Part shown: piece by piece, positions 27,540-35,999 of the stretch
How positions within the stretch are numbered: the first letter of the stretch is position 1
Layout of the letters: every line of letters begins with the position of its first letter
Source: Octopus sinensis
Taxonomy: Eukaryota
NCBI RefSeq assembly: GCF_006345805.1
Contig: NC_043024.1
Coordinates: 11,842,001-11,906,000, forward strand
Reading direction: 5' to 3'
Length of the DNA stretch: 64,000 nucleotides
Notes under the pieces: model-generated
What the model was told of the DNA's origin: nothing
What the model saw: the letters and a program-made list of their open reading frames with translations, nothing else
Database searches by the model: none
Translations under genes and position numbers: made by a program

Positions 27540-30500
27540 GCGCACATGATGGTCTCTCTCTTCGAAGGTTATGTCTGAGTGTGCAACTGTTTCCGAATGA
27601 CCTGCACAAATGTTTTGTTTATAATGATCGAATGTATGTCCCGTGCATCAAACCGCTTCCTTCATCAAATAACAAAAACCGATCTGTGCGTAATACGAAA
27701 TAAAATAGTGACTTTCTTTTGTATTTGACAATTTTCCGGAAAAAAAAGCAGTCAAAAAATCGATTCAAATGTCACGTATTTATGATTCTAAATATTAATA
27801 AATATCTCCTTATTTATCTTCATTTATGTAAATATCGTTTCCAGGTCTTCCAGCTTTCATTGTTATACTTACTTTGTCAATCAATTACACAAACAATTAT
27901 ACGAGGGTTGCTGAAGTGTAAGTATTTCTGTGTTTTATCCATCTCATTTTTCTCTGGTCTTCGCTACTAACACAATAAAACACCAACTTTCCATACAAAG
28001 AATGCCGTGACCTAAATTCTCAGACGTTTCCCAGACGCTCAACCTCCTATTCTCGTGCCGCACTAATGAAATTCTTATAACCCATACTGAGGTGTTTCAT
28101 AATGCCGCTGATATTTGAAACTCTCTTCACAGCAACAGTTTCTCGACAAATTAAACAAACTCATTTTCTTTGGTGCTTGGTGAAAAAGTAGTTGATTAAA
28201 ATTTCGGTGAAAAAGTAGTTGATTAAAATTTCGGTGAAAAGTAGTTGATTAAAATTTCGTGTGAAAAAGTAGTTGCATAAAATTCGGTGAAAAAGTAGTT
28301 GATTAAAATTTCGGTGAAAAAAAAGAGTTGATTAAAATTTCGGTGAAAAAGTAGTTGACTAAAATTTCGGTGAAAAAGTAGTTGATTATAATTTCGGAGA
28401 AAAAGTATTTGATTAAAATTTCTGTTTGATTGTGAAAAAGTATTTGATTAAAATTTCGGTGAAAAAGTAGTTGATTAAAACTTCGGTGAAAAAGAAGTTG
28501 ATTAAAATTTCGGTGAAAAAGTAGTTGATCAAAATTTCGGTGAAAAAGTAGTTGCATAAAATTTCGGTGAAAAAGTAGTTGATTAAAATTTCGGTGAAAA
28601 AGTAGTTGATTAAAATTTCGGAGAAAAAGTAGTTGATTAAAATTTCGGTGAAAAAGTAGTTGATTAAAATTTCGGTGAAAATGTAGTTGATTAAAATTTC
28701 GGTGAAAAAGAAGCTGATTAAAATTTCGGTGAAAAAGTAGTTGATTAAAATTTCGGTGAAAAAGTAGTTGATTAAAATTTCGGTGAAAAAGTAGTTGATT
28801 AAAATTTCGGAGAAAAAGTAGTTGATTAAAATTTCGGTGAAAAAGTAGTTGATTAAAATTTCGGAGAAAAAGTAGTTGATTAAAATTTCGGTGAAAAAGT
28901 AGTTGATTAAAATTTCGGTGAAAAAGTAGTTGATTAAAATTTCGGTGAAAAAGTAGTTGCATAAAATTTCGGTGAAAAAGTAGTTGATTAAAATTTTGGT
29001 GAAAAAGTAGTTGACTAAAATTTCGGTGAAAAAGTAGTTGATTAAAATTTCGGTGAAAAAGTAGTTGATTAAAATTTCGGTGAAAAAGTAGTTGATTAAA
29101 ATTTCGGTGAAAAAGTAGTTGATTAAAATTTCGGTGAAAAAGTAGTTGACTAAAATTTCGGTGAAAAAGTAGTTGATTATAATTTCGTTGAAAAAGTATT
29201 TGATTAAAATTTCGGTGAAAATGTAGTTGATTAAAATTTCGGTGAAAAAGAAGCTGATTAAAATTTCGGTGAAAAAGTAGTTGATTAAAATTTCGGTGAA
29301 AAAGTAGTTGATTAAAATTTCGTTGAAAAAGTAGTTGATTAAAATTTCGGTGAAAAAGTAGTTGCATAAAATTTCGGTGAAAAAGTAGTTGATTAAAATT
29401 TCGGTGAAAAAGTAGTTGATTAAAATTTCGGAGAAAAAGAAGTTGATTAAAATTTCGGTGAAAAAGTAGTTGATTAAAATTTCGGTGAAAAAGTAGTTGA
29501 TTAAAATTTCGGTGAAAAAGTAGTTGATTAAAATTTCGGTGAAAAAGTAGTTGCATAAAATTTCGGTGAAAAAGTAGTTGATTAAAATTTCGATGAAAAA
29601 GTAGTTGACTAAAATTTCGGTGAAAAAGTAGTTGATTAAAATTTCGGTGAAAAAGTAGTTGATTAAAATTTCGGTGAAAAAGTAGTTGATTAAAATTTCG
29701 GTGAAAAAGTAGTTGACTAAAATTTCGGTGAAAAAGTAGTTGATTATAATTTCGTTGAAAAAGTATTTGATTAAAATTTCGGTGAAAATGTAGTTGATTA
29801 AAATTTCGGTGAAAAAGAAGCTGATTAAAATTTCGGTGAAAAAGTAGTTGATTAAAATTTCGGAAAAAGAAAAAGAAATTTCGGTGAAAAAGTAGTTGAT
29901 TAAAATTTCGTTGAAAAAGTAGTTGATTAAAATTTCGGTGAAAAAGTAGTTGCATAAAATTTCGGTGAAAAATAGTTGATTAAAATTTCGGTGAAAAAGT
30001 ATTGATTAAAATTTCGGAGAAAAAGAAGTTGATTAAAATTTCGGTGAAAAAGTAGTTGACTAAAATTTCGGTTAAAAAGTAGTTGATTAAAATTTCGGTG
30101 AAAAAGTAGTTGATTAAAATTTCGGTGAAAAAGTAGTTGATTAAAATTTCGGTGAAAAATTAGTTGATTAAAATTTCGATGAAAAAGTAGTTGACTAAAA
30201 TTTCGGTGAAAAAGTAGTTGATTATAATTTCGGAGAAAAAGTATTTGATTAAAATTTCGGTGAAAAAGTAGTTGATTAAAACTTCGGTGAAAAAGAAGTT
30301 GATTAAAATTTCGGTGAAAAAGTAGTTGATTAAAATTTCGGTGAAAAAGTAGTTGCATAAAATTTCGGTGAAAAAGTAGTTGATTAAAATTTCGGTGAAA
30401 AAGTAGTTGATTAAAATTTTGGTGAAAAAGTAGTTGATTAAAATTTCGGAGAAAAAGTAGTTGATTAAAATTTCGGTGAAAAAGTAGTTGATTAAAATTT

Positions 30501-31584
30501 CGGTGAAAAAGTAGTTGATTAAAATTTCGGTGAAAAAGTAGTTGATTAAAATTTCGGTGAAAAAGTAGTTGATTAAAATTTCGTTGAAAAAGTAGTTGAT
30601 TAAAATTTCGGCACTCAAAATCCACTTAGCTTTTCTTGTTTTCCTTTTTTTGTTATTATTCAAGAGATGCAGGATCCTGGAATGGAAGGTGAAATGTATG
30701 AATAAGAATAAGTCAGAACAAAAGCAAACGTGATAATCCACTGAAGATGTATAGCAATGAATAACCATACAAATACATTATCGGAAGAGTTTCTCTACAT
30801 GGTCAGAGTGGCCACTTTGTTTCTCACGATGCCATTTCAATAAATAACAATAAGCAGCAATTATTGATCAACAGAACTTCTTACCGGTGATCGCCAAAAC
30901 ACAAGGTAAAGGTGATGGTAGACAATGTATGGATGTCAGAAGGCCTGCGCTGTACACGTGCCAAGCAGTAAGATTGAACCAAGAACTATGTGGTTGTGAA
31001 GCAACCTTCGTACCACACAGCTACAAGTATGGGGCCGTGTTTTCGTGTGGCTGGATATTGAAAGACATAATAAGAATATCTTAGATAACGATGTATATAA
31101 CATGTTGGAGCGAGGTCACTTGACCCTGTTATCTCCCCTACTATCGCTCTAGCGTCTAACGTCTGACCTCTAACGTTTGACCTCCGATCTCTGACTTCTC
31201 CTGAAATCAGAACGCCATGTTGGATCGTTAGCCCCTACACGCAATTTTTTCTCTCTCCTTGTTTCTTTTCTGTGTATCTTTCTGTCGAAGAGCGTAGGCT
31301 CGAAACGTAAAAGACTTGTTTTATTTCTATTCCTGAGCGCCATACTAATACATTTGTTTGTTTGTACTCCACCTGCCTTCGTCTTTTGTTTATTTTCATA
31401 AAGCTTCCCGTTATATATATATATACCTGTATATTACATAAGGCATATATATATATAACTGTATATTACATCTATATATATGTGTGTATGTATATCTGTA
31501 TATATATATAAATATATATTATATATAATATATATATATATTACATCTATATATATGTGTGTATGTATATCTGTATATATATAT

Positions 31585-31619
<35 letters not shown>

Positions 31620-31651
31620 TACATCTATATATATGTGTGTATGTATATCTG

Positions 31652-31742
<91 letters not shown>

Positions 31743-33079
31743 CGCTAGCTTCTGCACGCATTTTTCTCTCTCCTTGTTTGTCTCCTTGTTTCTTTTCTGT
31801 GTATCTTTCTGTTGAAGAGCGTAGGCTCGAAACGTAAAAGACTTGTTTTATTTTTATTCCTGAGCGCCGTACTAATACATTTGCTTGTTTGTACTCCACC
31901 TGCCTTCGTCTTTTGTTTATTTTCATAAACCTACCTTCGTCTTTTGTTTATTTTCGTAAACCTTCCCGTTATATAACTCACTGCAAGTATGAGAATGTTA
32001 TCCCCTTTCCTTTTGGATCAAAATCACTTCACCTTAATCCCTCTGTGACACTTCAATTTATTGACTGAACTTTTGACAGATTTCCTTTAGTAATTGTCTT
32101 TCTATTTCTTTTGTAGCTGTTGGTTGTCCAAGACACCTTTCTATGCTGCTCTACTCACTCCCGTGGGTGCCATTCTTGCCTTTAACATTATCACATTCGT
32201 TTACGCTTTCGTGCGAATTGCTATGATGCAGAATTTCAACCACGCTTTGAAGAAAGCAAGAAAGGTACGCGTTTTGGGCGTCGTCGGTCTTTCCCTCCTT
32301 CTGGGTTTCACCTGGGTCATAGCATTCTTTTCTATTGATAAAGCGGCGGAAGTATTTCAATATCTCTTTGCTATCTTCAATACTCTTCAAGGAACGTTTA
32401 TCTTTATAATCTACTGTATATACAAGAAAGATACCAGAGATATCGTGAGCCAGTTTATACGTAATCAAAGGAAAAATTTGGCCAAGAAGAGAGAGGGTAA
32501 GTGCAATTTCGTCTTTCTTACTTACTCTTTCCACTCTTTACTCTTTTACATGTTTCACTCATGACCCCAGTGAGTAACTGGTACTTATTTAATCGACCCC
32601 GAAAGGATGAAAGGCAAAGTCGACCTCGGCGGAATTTGAACTCAGAACGTAAAGACAGACGAAATACCTATTTCTTTACTACCCACAAGAGGCTAAACAC
32701 AGAGAGGACAAACAAGGACAGACAAAGGGATTAGGTCGATTATATTGACTCCAGTGCGTAACTGGTACTTATTTAATCGACCCCGAAAGGATGAAAGGCA
32801 AAGTCGATCTCGGCGGAATTTGAACTCAGAACGTAACGGCAGCCAAAATACAACTATGCATTTCGCCCGGCGTGCTAACGTTTCTGCCAGCTCGCCGGTA
32901 ATGCTATCTTTTCATTTATAAGAAAAAAGTTACTGGCAATTTGGTTTACATAGGAATGCAATGTTTAAGATTGATTGTGCTTTTTCTCCAAAAGAATAAT
33001 ATTTTCTCTACTTTTTTCAGATACATATGATAACACGAGGACAGAAGGTGGAACAGCAGAAACGGTGTTGCAGAATTAA
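376..33079 (+). CDS. Adhesion GPCR (ADGRG2/G4/G6-like), 5'-partial; join(376-530,3001-3115,5195-5364,6645-6876,9958-10123,12721-12897,15290-15418,18234-18383,21150-21271,23539-23662,26648-26792,27845-27917,32117-32496,33021-33079)
   Basis: Manual splicing: all 13 introns GT..AG with compatible phases, 2197 nt, one open frame to TAA (about 731 aa). Domain order HRM, GAIN/GPS, 7TM is diagnostic of adhesion GPCRs. Exact orthology is not assignable without a search. Confidence 0.93.
583..1805 (+). mobile_element. SINE family B (tRNA head, Meta-domain-like core) with about 6.5 tandem ~183-bp modules
   Basis: One head (gcgagctggcagaatcgttagcacg) then repeats of tatttcgtctg...gagttcaaattcc...gtcgactctgcctttcatcctttcggggtcg...aaagaaatagg. 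Meta-domain resemblance is from recall. Confidence 0.85.
1870..2500 (-). mobile_element. RTE-clade LINE ORF2 fragment (pre-RT region), degenerate
   Basis: [17 protein letters not shown]...[18 protein letters not shown] and upstream LRQMKDKW...[11 protein letters not shown] motifs typical of RTE elements. Confidence 0.85.
2518..2900 (+). mobile_element. SINE family A1 (tRNA-derived), full length
   Basis: A box tggcccagtgg, B box ggtttcgattcc; 12-bp TSD actagtctgatt (2506-2517, 2901-2912). Confidence 0.9.
3001..3115 (+). CDS. aGPCR HRM domain exon, N-half ([37 protein letters not shown])
   Basis: Polypyrimidine/cag acceptor, GT donor; C..WP.T..G..ATLPC...ATR.C hormone-receptor motif. Confidence 0.9.
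3206..3911 (-). mobile_element. Non-autonomous Helitron (family H1), head-to-tail dimer 3206-3512 + 3513-3911
   Basis: Minus strand 5' TC, 3' CTAG preceded by a cccg..cggg hairpin; no TSD; CTAG abuts the TC of the next copy. Confidence 0.8.
4110..4340 (-). mobile_element. SINE family B monomer, variant tail
   Basis: Reverse complement of the B head and core. Confidence 0.8.
4559..4958 (+). mobile_element. Non-autonomous Helitron (family H2)
   Basis: A|TCtatatatata ... cccgagcaacagtggg..CTAG|T; homologous to 25326-26097. Confidence 0.78.
5195..5364 (+). CDS. aGPCR HRM domain exon, C-half (...[30 protein letters not shown]...)
   Basis: ttcag / gtgagt; W..PD.S.C motif; the split codon TG|T gives the conserved Cys. 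Confidence 0.9.
5438..5900. repeat. 22-bp minisatellite (caactacaagggggcccacctg), about 21 copies
   Basis: Direct periodicity; three units give the 22-aa repeat in ORFs 5369/5401/5700. Confidence 0.92.
6110..6582 (+). mobile_element. SINE family D (V-domain-like), tandem pair: 5'-truncated 6110-6327 and full 6328-6582
   Basis: tRNA head with B box gtttcgattcc; gctgcgatggactggcgtcccgtccagg...gaaaccggg resembles the V-SINE domain (recall). Confidence 0.7.
6645..6876 (+). CDS. aGPCR GAIN subdomain A exon (...[24 protein letters not shown])
   Basis: ttgcag / gtaaaa; matches ORF-track frame 6662..6880; helical GAIN-A-like sequence. Confidence 0.9.
6968..7100 (+). mobile_element. SINE family B, 3'-truncated
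   Basis: Head plus core, running into (TA)n(TG)n. Confidence 0.8.
7650..8551 (-). mobile_element. Composite SINE-A insertion (A1 7650-8030, (TA)n, A2 8230-8551)
   Basis: Flanked by tactatcctat on both sides; two identical heads with different tails. Confidence 0.8.
8745..9172 (-). mobile_element. SINE family C (CORE-like, internal TA/TG microsatellite)
   Basis: Reverse complement of ataggcgcaggagtggctgtgtgg...gggttcagtccc...cttgggcaagtg...gtaaaagag. Confidence 0.85.
9958..10123 (+). CDS. aGPCR GAIN exon ([40 protein letters not shown]...)
   Basis: ttacag / gtaaag; phase 2 in, phase 0 out; matches ORF 9962..10186. Confidence 0.9.
10396..10613. repeat. Near-perfect fold-back, ~100-bp arms, ~14-nt spacer
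   Basis: cacaatcaaggaatggcc...ccaggaga versus tctcctgg...ggccattccttgattgtg. Confidence 0.9.
10700..11160. repeat. (TA)n/(TACA)n compound microsatellite
   Basis: Visible; source of IYIY ORFs. Confidence 0.9.
11735..12115 (-). mobile_element. SINE family B, head + 2 modules
   Basis: Reverse complement with the same module junction (cctatttcttt). Confidence 0.8.
12203..12672. repeat. (TAG)n/(TTG)n trinucleotide tract, ~470 bp
   Basis: Visible; explains poly-T/L/V ORFs. Confidence 0.95.
12721..12897 (+). CDS. aGPCR GAIN exon (...YISLPKSIL...[16 protein letters not shown]...)
   Basis: Strong ttcccccag acceptor; ISLPKS and RIVF..M.DD.LY GAIN-B-like motifs; donor position uncertain (see findings). 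Confidence 0.82.
12961..13375 (+). mobile_element. SINE family B dimer with TSD
   Basis: ggtattttaaaaa at 12948-12960 and 13376-13388. Confidence 0.88.
13921..14440 (+). mobile_element. SINE family C with internal ~90-bp tandem duplication
   Basis: Head/CORE segment repeated at about 14040-14130; (gtaaaaga)n tail. Confidence 0.85.
14641..15024 (+). mobile_element. SINE family A1
   Basis: 12-bp TSD actattacatga (14629-14640, 15025-15036). Confidence 0.9.
15290..15418 (+). CDS. aGPCR GAIN exon ([43 protein letters not shown])
   Basis: ttgcag / gtaata; INS.IISASI...L.EPV.I.F GAIN motif. Confidence 0.93.
15440..15838 (-). mobile_element. SINE family C
   Basis: Reverse complement of the family consensus; begins about 20 nt after the exon donor. 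Confidence 0.85.
15990..17335. repeat. Old diverged ~305-bp tandem repeat (about 3 units) partly derived from the (TAA)n-tailed element, interrupted by a SINE
   Basis: Recurrent tattgagcagaatatttgctataacgatatttctgcttcagcaactcag near 16135, 16845 and 17150; part is the reverse complement of 19505-19670. Confidence 0.7.
16316..16707 (+). mobile_element. SINE family A1 with (CCAT)n tail
   Basis: 11-bp TSD taagaaataac (16305-16315, 16708-16718). Confidence 0.9.
17382..17776 (-). mobile_element. Helitron family H1
   Basis: CTAG/hairpin and TC ends; homologous to 3513-3911. Confidence 0.8.
17787..18165 (+). mobile_element. Chimeric SINE: family B 5' part fused to family C 3' half
   Basis: Switch at the shared tgtttgtcccc motif near 17980. 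Confidence 0.7.
18234..18383 (+). CDS. aGPCR GPS exon ([20 protein letters not shown]...[13 protein letters not shown])
   Basis: Canonical GPS C-x2-W...W-x3-GC...C-x-C-x-HL|T; ccag / gttggt. Confidence 0.97.
18622..19045 (+). mobile_element. SINE family C, full length
   Basis: Matches the family consensus seen in other copies. Confidence 0.87.
19402..20007 (+). mobile_element. ~570-bp non-coding retroelement 3' end embedded between (TAA)n tracts
   Basis: Flanked by (TAA)n on both sides; fragments recur on the minus strand at 16.0-17.2 kb. LINE 3'-UTR origin is inferred. Confidence 0.55.
20008..20560 (-). mobile_element. Putative non-autonomous Penelope-like element carrying a hammerhead; 3'-end fragments also at 52125-52240 and 58282-58430
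   Basis: Shared attaggg..aaacttacagggaaaaattagatttagg block in three places; hammerhead at its 5' end. PLE assignment is inference. Confidence 0.5.
20462..20552 (-). ncRNA. Type I hammerhead ribozyme motif
   Basis: Minus strand: ccuacg CUGAGGA G[60-nt stem II]C GAAAC GUAC GUC|cguagg; 6-bp stem I, full conserved core, palindromic stem III. Confidence 0.8.
21150..21271 (+). CDS. aGPCR TM1 exon ([27 protein letters not shown])
   Basis: ggcag / gtaagc; IS..GC.IS...L..T secretin/adhesion TM1 motif. Confidence 0.95.
21495..23370. repeat. Inverted (fold-back) ~21-bp minisatellite: G-rich arm 21495-22069, C-rich arm 22086-23370
   Basis: ggatgggggaagggtctgtca units, 146-bp higher-order period in the left arm; centre gatggtgtg-16nt-cacaccatc. 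Confidence 0.9.
23539..23662 (+). CDS. aGPCR TM2 exon ([22 protein letters not shown]...ICK)
   Basis: ttcag / gtaagt; hydrophobic helix; phases compatible. Confidence 0.95.
23718..24331 (-). mobile_element. SINE-A1 insertion carrying ~200 bp of flank copied from 7445-7650
   Basis: 11-bp TSD taagcacgagt (23707-23717, 24332-24342); flank nearly identical to the upstream locus. Confidence 0.85.
25326..26097 (-). mobile_element. Helitron family H2, head-to-tail dimer (25326-25708 + 25709-26097)
   Basis: Junction tatatagactagc = CTAG|TC on the minus strand. Confidence 0.8.
26099..26515 (-). mobile_element. Helitron family H3, 5' portion only
   Basis: Nearly identical to 40878-41321. Confidence 0.7.
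26648..26792 (+). CDS. aGPCR TM3-TM4 exon ([21 protein letters not shown]...LAWG)
   Basis: ttacag / gtatgt; A.LLHYF.L.SF.WM..EA family motif. Confidence 0.97.
27035..27440 (-). mobile_element. SINE family B dimer with TSD
   Basis: aaaactgaccatct on both sides. Confidence 0.85.
27845..27917 (+). CDS. aGPCR TM4/ECL2 exon ([25 protein letters not shown])
   Basis: ttccag / gtaagt; WG.PA motif spans the junction. Confidence 0.93.
27970..30660 (-). pseudogene. hAT (Buster/SPIN/GTF2IRD2-like) transposase N-terminal relic split by a satellite
   Basis: KK(S*)VDFECRNFN...[20 protein letters not shown](fs)RHYET...[15 protein letters not shown] matches the BED-finger N-terminus of this family (recall). 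Confidence 0.75.
28179..30611. repeat. 27-bp satellite (gaaaaagtagttgattaaaatttcggt), about 90 copies
   Basis: Direct periodicity; 27 nt = 9-aa repeat in the minus-strand ORFs. Confidence 0.97.
31240..31972 (+). mobile_element. Direct-repeat pair (31240-31410, 31755-31972) resembling Penelope pseudo-LTRs, each with a variant hammerhead, separated by a TA-rich array
   Basis: Near-identical ~170-bp repeats containing tcttt-ctgt(c/t)gaa-gagcgtaggctc-gaaacgta-aaaga. Confidence 0.55.
32117..32496 (+). CDS. aGPCR TM5-TM7 exon (CWLS...[10 protein letters not shown]...[14 protein letters not shown])
   Basis: ttgtag / gtaagt; CWL, LG.TW and FN.LQG..IF motifs; ORF 32094..32564. Confidence 0.97.
32560..32897 (-). 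mobile_element. SINE family B, head + ~1.6 modules
   Basis: Family sequence, same junction. Confidence 0.82.
33021..33079 (+). CDS. aGPCR last coding exon ([19 protein letters not shown])
   Basis: tttttttcag acceptor; phase 1 matches; ends TAA. Confidence 0.8.
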
Positions 33080-33126
33080 AATCAAGGAATTGTCTGGAAA
33101 TCGTCCTTGATCATATTTTTCGTTAT

Positions 33127-33203
33127 AAATTTTAGTCAACTACTTTTTCACCGAAATTTTAGTCAACTACTTTTTCACCGAAATTTTAATCAAGTACTTT
33201 TTC
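33127..33203. repeat. About 2.8 copies of the 27-bp satellite unit, inverted, in the putative 3' UTR
   Basis: aaattttagtcaactactttttcaccg... is the reverse complement of the 28-30 kb unit. Confidence 0.92.
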
Positions 33204-33348
33204 ATATAAGGAAACTTTATTTTTACTTATCAACACAACACTATATAAGCGTGAAACCATATAATCCGCAATGTAATTAAAACGAAATGCTGTGCCTTAT
33301 AAGTTTACTGGAAAACAGAAAACCTGAAAAACTTTTTTATAATATATA

Positions 33349-34376
33349 CTAGCAGTATCGCCCGGCGTTGCTCGGGTTTGTAAGGGAAATAACTATATAA
33401 GCATTTTTAGAGAGTTACTTCCCTTATAGATGCCAATTCGGGCTTTCTTAGCCATTTCTGTTTTGGTGTCTTCAAGCCATGAAGTCGTTGTTCTAAAAGA
33501 ACGCTGGTCTCCTTGACAACGCTTTACGACGTTGATTTCCTTACACTCCCTTCCCCACAGCTTCACGAGGGAGGGAAGAAGGGGGAGAAGCAACACAGGT
33601 GCAGGTGTTTGAGCGTGGACGCCAACTCCGCCGCCATCGACACACGGAAAATTATGCATTAAAATGGAATAAAAAATGATGTTAAATTATTTTTTAAATC
33701 GTAGACTCATCGTAGACGCGCGCTAATACTCAGACGGGCTCGATATGAATCACGACTATAAGATACCCGAATTTGGTTAAACTGCACGGCAAAATGTGGG
33801 AGTAGTTAGGAATCTAAATCGAAGGGGACAGACACTCACACAACTACAGTTTTATATATATAGATATACTAGCAGTATCGCCCGGCGTTGCTCGGGTTTG
33901 TAAGGGAAATAACTATATAAGCATTTTTAGAGAGTTACTTCCCTTATAAATTCGGGCTTTCTTAGCCATTTTTGTTTTGGTGTCTTCAAGCCATGAAGTC
34001 GTTGTTCTAAAAGAACGCTGGTTTCCTTCACAACGCTTTACGACGTTGATTTCTTTACACTCCTCTTCCCCACAGCTTCACGAGGGAGGGAAGGGGAGAA
34101 GCAAACAGGTGCAGCTGTGAGCGTGGACGCCAACTCCGCCGCATCGACACACGATGCATTTTATGCATTAAAATGGAATAAAAAATGATGTTAAATTATT
34201 TTAAAATCGTAGACTCATCGTAGACGCGCGCTAATAGCCAGACGGGCTCGATATTAATCACGACTATAAGATACCCGAATTTGGTTAAACTGCACCGCAC
34301 GCAAATGTGGAGTAGTTAGGAATCTAAATCGTAGGAGACAGACACTCACACAACTACAGTTTTATATATATATAGA
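33349..34376 (-). mobile_element. Helitron H1 variant with ~220-bp internal insert, tandem dimer (33349-33864, 33869-34376)
   Basis: H1 ends plus an extra segment absent from other H1 copies. Confidence 0.8.
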
Positions 34377-34804
34377 TATATATCTAGAATTGTGTTTTCT
34401 AACTGCCAATTTCTTTATTAACACTTTTAATGTAATTCTTAAAATTTCTGAATAAAAGAATAAATTTGATTTGTGATTATAATCTGTCAGTTGAAAAACT
34501 AATATTGCAATCACGGAGAGAGACATTGATTTCATTGGTTGTTAAAAAGTTCACTAAAAATGTGCGATCTCACAACATCGATTAGTTTTATAATCGCTTA
34601 TCTGATTTCTGATATCAGGTCTTTCAACTATTATTGTCATAGGCGCAGGTGTGGCAGTGTGATAAGAAACTTGCTTCCCAACTGCATGGCTTCGGGTTCA
34701 GTCACGCTGCTAGGCACCTTGAGAAAGTGGTTCTTCTATAGCCTCAGTCAGACCAAAGCCTTGCGAGTGGATTTGGTAAACAGAAACATAAAGAAGCCCG
34801 CCGT

Positions 34805-34894
<90 letters not shown>

Positions 34895-34899
<5 letters not shown>

Positions 34900-35185
34900 A
34901 CGTTACCATCAGATGTTGTTACACATCGCTGGTCACAATGCGTTCGCATTGTTTTAGCCTTCGAATGACGCCACCCCGCTGGCTAAGCGAGCAGGCCAAC
35001 AGAAGAAAGAGTGGGAGAAAGAGTGGTGAAAGAGTACAGCAGGGATCACCACCCCCTGCCGGAGCCTCGTGGAGCTTTTAGGTGTTTTCGCTCAATAAAC
35101 ACACACAACGCCCGGTCTGGGAATCGAAACCGCGATCCTGCGACTGCGAGTCCGCTGCCCTAACCACTAGGCCATTGCGCCTCCA
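34895..35185 (-). mobile_element. SINE family A2
   Basis: A head with the alternative tail also seen at 8230-8400. Confidence 0.85.
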
Positions 35186-35633
35186 ATCTATACTTATATT
35201 TATATTTACTTATATTTATATTCTCTTTTTTATATATATTCTACTTATTATACAACATTACTCTTTTATGTACACTTTTTTTATGTACATTCCTTTATGT
35301 ACACTGATTTGTTCTGCTTTTTTATGTTTACCCTACAGTCTCTTATGTGGTGGTTTAATAAAGTATGTGATTGAGTATTATGTGGTAATTGATATTTGAT
35401 TTAGATGTATTTCTCCATTTTCTTATCTTGTATTAGTAATTTGTGGTAATCATTTTACCTTTGCCCATATAATACAGTAAATGAATTGATTGCATCGCAA
35501 TCCTTAACATTTATGTATTAACTTTTGTGGGTACTTCACTAGCAGTATATTGGATATATGTTATCCCATGGAGGGTTGCATTTACAACCCCTATCTCAAT
35601 TTGTATATATATATATATATATATATTATATAT

Positions 35634-35706
<73 letters not shown>

Positions 35707-35999
35707 CGTATGTGTGTGTGTGCGCGTGTGTCTTTGTATTTGTCACCCAATCACCCCTTGGGAACCGATGGTTGTGTGTCTATGTCCCCGTAACTTAGTG
35801 GTCCGGTAAAAGATATCGATAGAATAAGTACCAGGCATTAAAAAAAGTACTGGAGTCGATACATTCAACAACAAATTCTCCAAGGCGATGCCCCAGCATG
35901 ACCGCAGTCTAATGACCGAAACAAGTAAAAGATAAAAGATATTTGATCGCGTACTGGTCATTTCACAAACAGCTAAATTCCGCTCACCACGTTTATGTA

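Noticed and set aside
28303-30768. 550-aa, 232-aa and 202-aa ORFs of (QLLFHRNFN)n / (EILINYFFT)n
   Set aside because: A 27-bp unit is a multiple of 3, so frames stay open trivially; antisense within an intron; no real start context.
30660-31090. Non-repetitive stretch with hydrophobic translations and an acceptor-like site on the minus strand
   Set aside because: All six frames have stops and no motif could be matched with confidence; BLASTX would be decisive.
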